Positions 27,835 through 32,000 of a stretch of DNA of 32,000 nt are shown here, one piece after another. A model generated the notes under the pieces. It was not told the origin of the DNA. It worked only from the letters and a program-made list of their open reading frames with translations, and did no database searches. The translations under genes and the position numbers were made by a program. The stretch covers positions 210,001-242,000 of the forward strand of contig NZ_AP019769.1 of the NCBI RefSeq assembly GCF_023169545.1, read 5' to 3'. Source of the DNA: Nanobdella aerobiophila. GTDB lineage: Archaea > Nanobdellota > Nanobdellia > Nanobdellales > Nanobdellaceae. Numbering within the stretch: the first letter of the stretch is position 1; every line of letters begins with the position of its first letter.

Positions 27835-28659
27835 ATGGTAGAAAAATTGTATTTTGGACCTGCCGGAGTGCCACTATCTTCTCCTAAAAAAGATATATAT
27901 AATGGGATAAAATATACATATGAAGAATTAAAACTAAATGGTTTAGAATTAGAATTTACTTATGGTGTAAGGATGAAAGATGAAGCTGCAAATAATATCA
28001 AAGAATATATAAAAGATAAAGACTTTATAATTACCTGCCATGCACCATATTTTATAAATTTTAATGCTCAAGAAAAAACAAAATTAGAAAATTCTAAAAA
28101 AATGTTATATGAATCTGCTAAGAAAACTTATTTATCTGGTGGTATATCTGTAGCATTCCATCCAGCCTGGTATCATAAGAATAGTCCTGAAGAAGTTTAC
28201 AAGAAAGCTAGAGAATCTATAAGAGAAGTTATAAATAAGTTAATAGATGAAAATATAAATATAGTAATCAGACCAGAAACTATGGAATTAAAAAATAAAT
28301 TTGGTGATATAGATGAAGTAATTAATTTATCATTAGATATAGATAATGTGTTACCTGCTATAGACTTTGCTCATTTAAGATATAGATATAATGATAATAG
28401 TATAGAATTTTTTAGAAAAATATTGGAAAAATTAGAAAGCAATTTAGGGAGAGAAATATTGGATAATATGCATATACATATGTCTGGAATAACATTGGAT
28501 TCCAAGGGTACTCATAAAATCTTGGAAGAATCAGATATGCCATGGAGAGATATATTAAGGTTATTGAAAGAATTCAATTGCAAAGGGATTATAATATCAG
28601 AATCTCCAAATGTAGAAGAAGATGCTGTAAGAATGAAAAATTATTTTGAAAAATTATAA
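27835..28659 (+). CDS. Endonuclease IV-like (AP endonuclease family 2 / xylose-isomerase-like TIM barrel) protein
   Basis: Ordered metal-ligand-like motifs: CHAPYFINFN, VAFHPAWY, IRPETM, IDFAHLR, MHIHMSG, IISESP. I chose the ATG at 27835 (MVEKLYFGPAGVP...). The track ORF start at 27634 would run antisense through the neighbouring gene. Confidence 0.7.
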   Translation: MVEKLYFGPAGVPLSSPKKDIYNGIKYTYEELKLNGLELEFTYGVRMKDEAANNIKEYIKDKDFIITCHAPYFINFNAQEKTKLENSKKMLYESAKKTYLSGGISVAFHPAWYHKNSPEEVYKKARESIREVINKLIDENINIVIRPETMELKNKFGDIDEVINLSLDIDNVLPAIDFAHLRYRYNDNSIEFFRKILEKLESNLGREILDNMHIHMSGITLDSKGTHKILEESDMPWRDILRLLKEFNCKGIIISESPNVEEDAVRMKNYFEKL

Positions 28660-30126
28660 TAATTTTTTTGCGATATTTATGAAAGCAGGTCTAGTTAACA
28701 AATATCCTATTCCAACCGTTATAATTACCATAACTGCAAAACCCTTATATAGTGCCAATCCTGCTATAAATGCCGGGAATACAGATAATATTTCTAATAT
28801 TATGGCTAATAATATTATAAACATTGCTTTATTTATTGCCTTATCTAGATTATTCTGTGGTTTTGCTCTTAATATTTCTTCAGTAGCTACTAGTTGATCA
28901 TCTATACCAGTTGTAGTACCAAATATTATACCTATAAATGCAGATATATCATAAGTTTGATGTATTGCTATGCCGATAGCAAATGAAATTATAAATTCTG
29001 ATGCTAAAGTTAAAGAAATTAATAATGGTACCTTTATCTTTCTATATATAGCATATAATATTACTAATATACCAATAAATATAAGTACTGCAGCATATTC
29101 TAAGGACCCCAAAATATAAAATCCAAATATTGGTGGTATCTCTGATTCTTGTACTATATTGAATTTTGCCGGTAATTGACCATTTTCTAATATTATATAT
29201 AAATTCTGAGCGGCGTTATAGGCATTGTTTTCTGCTTGCAATTCTGAGCTTCCTACCCCTGATACTTGTATAGATACCTCTTGCTCTACCTGTCCCTTCA
29301 GATTTGCAGCAATTAATAATGAGGATACATTTTGATTATCTAAATAAAATGTAATAGGTTCATTTAGGTACGCACCTCCATCTTCTAATATTACTGATAA
29401 ATTTTGAGTAGCTTGAGCAAAATTCTCTGCAGCATTTGTATTTAATATTAATGTAAAATAGTATTGGCATATGTACTGATTTCCACTCGGAGAACATCCT
29501 AATAATCCTGAATACGATCCTCCAAATAGTGGTTTTACATCAGAACCAGTAAATACCGTATAATTACCGACTTTTGCATAAAATGTACCTTGCTCTATTA
29601 TATATGGTATAAGATATCCTTCAGAATATGGTATTTCTACTATGATATATCCTTCAGATGTCGGATATATATTTATTGACTTTACACCGAAAGAGTTCAA
29701 TCTATTACTAATAACTTGCGCAGCTAATGAAGTTTCTTGTGGTGTTAATTGTTTTGTAGAATTTAATATTAATAAATAGCCACCAGCTATATCCGTTCCA
29801 TATTCTATATTTGTATACTCTGTAATATTTGTATAGTTAATTAGATAATTATATTCATATGGTTCTAGAACAAAAGTTCCTTTACTAGTTTTTATATTCA
29901 TCAAAGAATCATTAATATTACTATATATACATGAATAATATGAACTTACAGAATTTATATTACAATTATTTATTGAATATATATATGTTTGGTTAGGTAA
30001 AACATTACTTTCTACTACTTCTATTTTATTAGATAATATAGAATATATATCATAAAATAATGCAACTAGTAATATAATAAAAAATAATAATATTCTCCAA
30101 TCTTTTAGAAATGATTTTATATTCAT
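28654..30126 (-). CDS. secD: Protein-export membrane protein SecD
   Basis: N-terminal TM helix, large extracytoplasmic domain, then a C-terminal 5-6 TM bundle with GTTTGIDDQLVATEEIL and ...YKGFAVMVIITVGIGYLLTRP. The 490-aa length fits SecD rather than SecF. Confidence 0.75.
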   Translation of the reverse strand: MNIKSFLKDWRILLFFIILLVALFYDIYSILSNKIEVVESNVLPNQTYIYSINNCNINSVSSYYSCIYSNINDSLMNIKTSKGTFVLEPYEYNYLINYTNITEYTNIEYGTDIAGGYLLILNSTKQLTPQETSLAAQVISNRLNSFGVKSINIYPTSEGYIIVEIPYSEGYLIPYIIEQGTFYAKVGNYTVFTGSDVKPLFGGSYSGLLGCSPSGNQYICQYYFTLILNTNAAENFAQATQNLSVILEDGGAYLNEPITFYLDNQNVSSLLIAANLKGQVEQEVSIQVSGVGSSELQAENNAYNAAQNLYIILENGQLPAKFNIVQESEIPPIFGFYILGSLEYAAVLIFIGILVILYAIYRKIKVPLLISLTLASEFIISFAIGIAIHQTYDISAFIGIIFGTTTGIDDQLVATEEILRAKPQNNLDKAINKAMFIILLAIILEILSVFPAFIAGLALYKGFAVMVIITVGIGYLLTRPAFINIAKKLL

Positions 30127-30150
30127 AAGTTCATTATATATGAAACCTTT

Positions 30151-30732
30151 TTATGGTTTACCTCTCGAATATCCTCTTGTTACCCCCATTGCTACAATAT
30201 GCGCTATTCTAACTGGTTCTGGTATCCTTGAGTATTTTGAGGTTAACTTTATTATATTTATTGCAGTATCAAGGTCAGTCCCATAATATTGAAAAAATAA
30301 TCTTCCGTACATAGTATCATAAAAATTTATTTCAGGATAATTATTTATTATATCTATTCTCTTTTGATAATTATGTATCTTTTTTGCAGCTAGTTTAAAT
30401 TTTTCGATATTGGGTCTTTTTCTTACTACAGATATTATAGGCAGATTTAAATTATTATAAAGATATTTAAAATCTATTAGGTTAAAGCCACCAAAGGAGA
30501 CACCATTTGTCATAATTATTCTTAATTGATTATAGTGAGTTGTTCTTTTTATCATATCTATTATTTTTTCATTTACATCAAATCCGTCAATTTCTATTTT
30601 ATTAGATAATACGCCATCTATTTGCTTATATCCTCTAAATATTACTCCAATTATTATAGTTTCTTTATCTATCTTTTTATTAAAATATCCATCATCAATT
30701 CCAATTATCCTGATTTCTCTTTTGATATCCAT
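30151..30732 (-). CDS. DUF99 / UPF0215 family protein (endonuclease V-like fold)
   Basis: RIIGIDDGYF, IEIDGFD, NGVSFGGFNLID, LPIISV and the C-terminal IPEPVRIAHIVA match the archaeal UPF0215 pattern as I recall it. Confidence 0.65.
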   Translation of the reverse strand: MDIKREIRIIGIDDGYFNKKIDKETIIIGVIFRGYKQIDGVLSNKIEIDGFDVNEKIIDMIKRTTHYNQLRIIMTNGVSFGGFNLIDFKYLYNNLNLPIISVVRKRPNIEKFKLAAKKIHNYQKRIDIINNYPEINFYDTMYGRLFFQYYGTDLDTAINIIKLTSKYSRIPEPVRIAHIVAMGVTRGYSRGKP

Positions 30733-31289
30733 TTATTAATATATTTTTCCCAATCGAATTTAAAGAATATTATGCTTAAAATAATAAATATTATTGAAGA
30801 GTATATAGATAAATTAATTAATGATACATTTACAATTGTACTAATTTCTTTTAATATATTTATCTCTATAAAGAGCTCTATGAATGATTTTATTATCTTT
30901 CCAAATAGCTCTATAATATAATACAATACTATTCTTATCTTTTCTATACCGAATGATAAAAATAATAGATCGTCTAATGGTAAGAATGGCAATATGGCTA
31001 GTAAGAATATTATTATTATAAAATATTTATTTCTATATATACTTTTTATAAAGTTCATATTTTTATTGTTTTTCAATGGTTTAGATAATAATAGACCAAT
31101 AATATACATAATCAATTTTCCAGTTGCTGCTCCTATGCCAAGTATTGTTGAAATTATTAATATATTAAGATTATTTATTCCTAATTTTACTAGTATAGGT
31201 ATAGATAATAATGTAAATGGAGCTCCGAACAATGGAAAGGCGTTTAATATAAAAGATTCAAAGAATATATATAAAAAATAATATATCAT
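30705..31289 (-). CDS. Membrane protein, possibly DedA/VTT-domain family
   Basis: 194 aa, multi-pass. FFESFILNAFPLFGAPFTLL and LPFLPLDDLLFLSFG resemble DedA-type re-entrant motifs. This is a tentative call. Confidence 0.4.
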   Translation of the reverse strand: MIYYFLYIFFESFILNAFPLFGAPFTLLSIPILVKLGINNLNILIISTILGIGAATGKLIMYIIGLLLSKPLKNNKNMNFIKSIYRNKYFIIIIFLLAILPFLPLDDLLFLSFGIEKIRIVLYYIIELFGKIIKSFIELFIEINILKEISTIVNVSLINLSIYSSIIFIILSIIFFKFDWEKYINKWISKEKSG

Positions 31290-31729
31290 TCTTCAAAATC
31301 TATTATATCTCCTACTGTAACATAATCATGGTTTTTTCTATCTCTGTTATTTTCTGTTAAAACTTCTTTCTTTATTATCTTTATATTTAATTCTTTTTCT
31401 ATTTTTTTAGCTGTATTTATATCTGGCATTATCTTTTTATTTTCTATTGCTTTATATAAGCTTTCTTTCATATTCAATTTTCTAGCCATGTCTTCTTGTT
31501 TTAAATTATTTTCTTCTCTGTATTTTATTAGTAATTTATTATAATCTTCATCTATTACTTCTGAAACGATCTCCATCACTTTTGTATTCTTGTTATTTAC
31601 TAGATTATTATTCTCATCTACTTCTTTTCCATATCTTTTACAGTCAATACATACTTTTAATATTGAGTTTTCTATGAGTACTCTATATAATCTTTCAGTG
31701 TTTTTTCCACAGAGTTCACAGGTCTTCAT
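31286..31729 (-). CDS. mbf1: Archaeal multiprotein bridging factor 1 (aMBF1; zinc ribbon + XRE-type HTH)
   Basis: The N-terminal CELCGK...CIDCKRYG forms a Cys4 ribbon. The C-terminal HTH reads LIKYREENNLKQEDMARKLNMKESLYKAIENKKIMPDINTAKKIEKELNIKI. Confidence 0.8.
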   Translation of the reverse strand: MKTCELCGKNTERLYRVLIENSILKVCIDCKRYGKEVDENNNLVNNKNTKVMEIVSEVIDEDYNKLLIKYREENNLKQEDMARKLNMKESLYKAIENKKIMPDINTAKKIEKELNIKIIKKEVLTENNRDRKNHDYVTVGDIIDFEE

Positions 31730-32000
31730 TTTAATAATTTTAGTATTTCATCTTTATATTCTAATGCAATTATTACTCCTACTATAATACCAAAAGATAT
31801 TGATGTAGACATAAGAAAATAATATAAAGTATTTATTAATATCTGGGAATTTAGACCTATATATGATAGTGCTATGGATAAAAAGATATAAATAAATAGG
31901 CCTTTTATTAGATTCTTAGCACCATTTTTTGTCTTGAACAATGAAGAAATCACTTCTCCGATTCCGACTCCAACTAAAACTATTATAATAGATATATAAA
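31726..32000 (-). CDS. Small membrane protein, 5' end probably outside the window
   Basis: The frame is open from the GTG at 31953 on to the window edge (...YISIIIVLVGVGIGEV-ISSLFKTK...). The sequence is hydrophobic, and the stop overlaps the mbf1 start by 4 nt. Confidence 0.4.
   Translation of the reverse strand, partial: YISIIIVLVGVGIGEVISSLFKTKNGAKNLIKGLFIYIFLSIALSYIGLNSQILINTLYYFLMSTSISFGIIVGVIIALEYKDEILKLLK

Noticed and set aside
28646-28897. Plus-strand 83-aa ORF
   Set aside because: It is antisense to the conserved C-terminal TM bundle of SecD.
30622-31787. Plus-strand ORFs 30622..30921, 30994..31281 and 31590..31787
   Set aside because: They are antisense to the DUF99, DedA-like and mbf1 genes and have no independent support.
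1-32000. CRISPR arrays, IS elements, rRNA genes
   Set aside because: I noticed no regularly spaced direct repeats, no transposase- or integrase-like ORFs with terminal inverted repeats, and no rRNA-like G/C-rich stretches. The only long repeat is the ATPase paralog core.

Overview
This is a very AT-rich (by eye about 20-25% G+C), tightly packed archaeal chromosomal segment. The archaeal call rests on aMBF1, Cbf5, HerA, Mre11-Rad50, uS13/uS4, a DUF99 protein and an archaeal-style SecD. The 64% G+C tRNA in this background, the scattered operons and the gene overlaps suggest a small-genome, thermophilic, possibly DPANN/Nanoarchaeota-like lineage, but that is inference only. I support about 34 protein genes and one tRNA-Ser(UGA). 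I found no rRNA, CRISPR array, transposase or integrase. Content, in order: mre11 (5'-truncated)-rad50; a DsrE-like protein; two paralogous P3A-type (H+-pump-like) P-type ATPases 11.9 kb apart; a TauE/TSUP permease; RNase HII; a PIN-like/ligase-like gene pair; cbf5; rps13-rps4; a HerA-family ATPase followed by a small ORF and two tandem paralogous membrane proteins; a 7.4 kb glycan-biosynthesis locus (FkbM methyltransferase, five GT1, one GT2, UDP-GlcNAc 2-epimerase; one GT1 is frameshifted); class II lysS; trmI; an Endo IV-like gene; secD; DUF99; a DedA-like protein; and mbf1. The observations most worth a second look are these. (1) The two ATPase paralogs are a domain-level mosaic, with cytoplasmic domains about 99% identical in DNA and membrane helices strongly diverged. 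(2) The HerA-family ATPase sits with small membrane proteins, away from mre11-rad50, with no NurA visible. (3) An overlapping gene pair encodes a PIN-like protein and a minimal 256-aa covalent nucleotidyltransferase (ligase-like). (4) All eight convergent gene junctions overlap at their 3' ends, and one 395-nt spacer is a clear outlier among 39-61 nt divergent spacers. None of these is a demonstrated new system. All functional calls come from motifs read by eye, without database searches.
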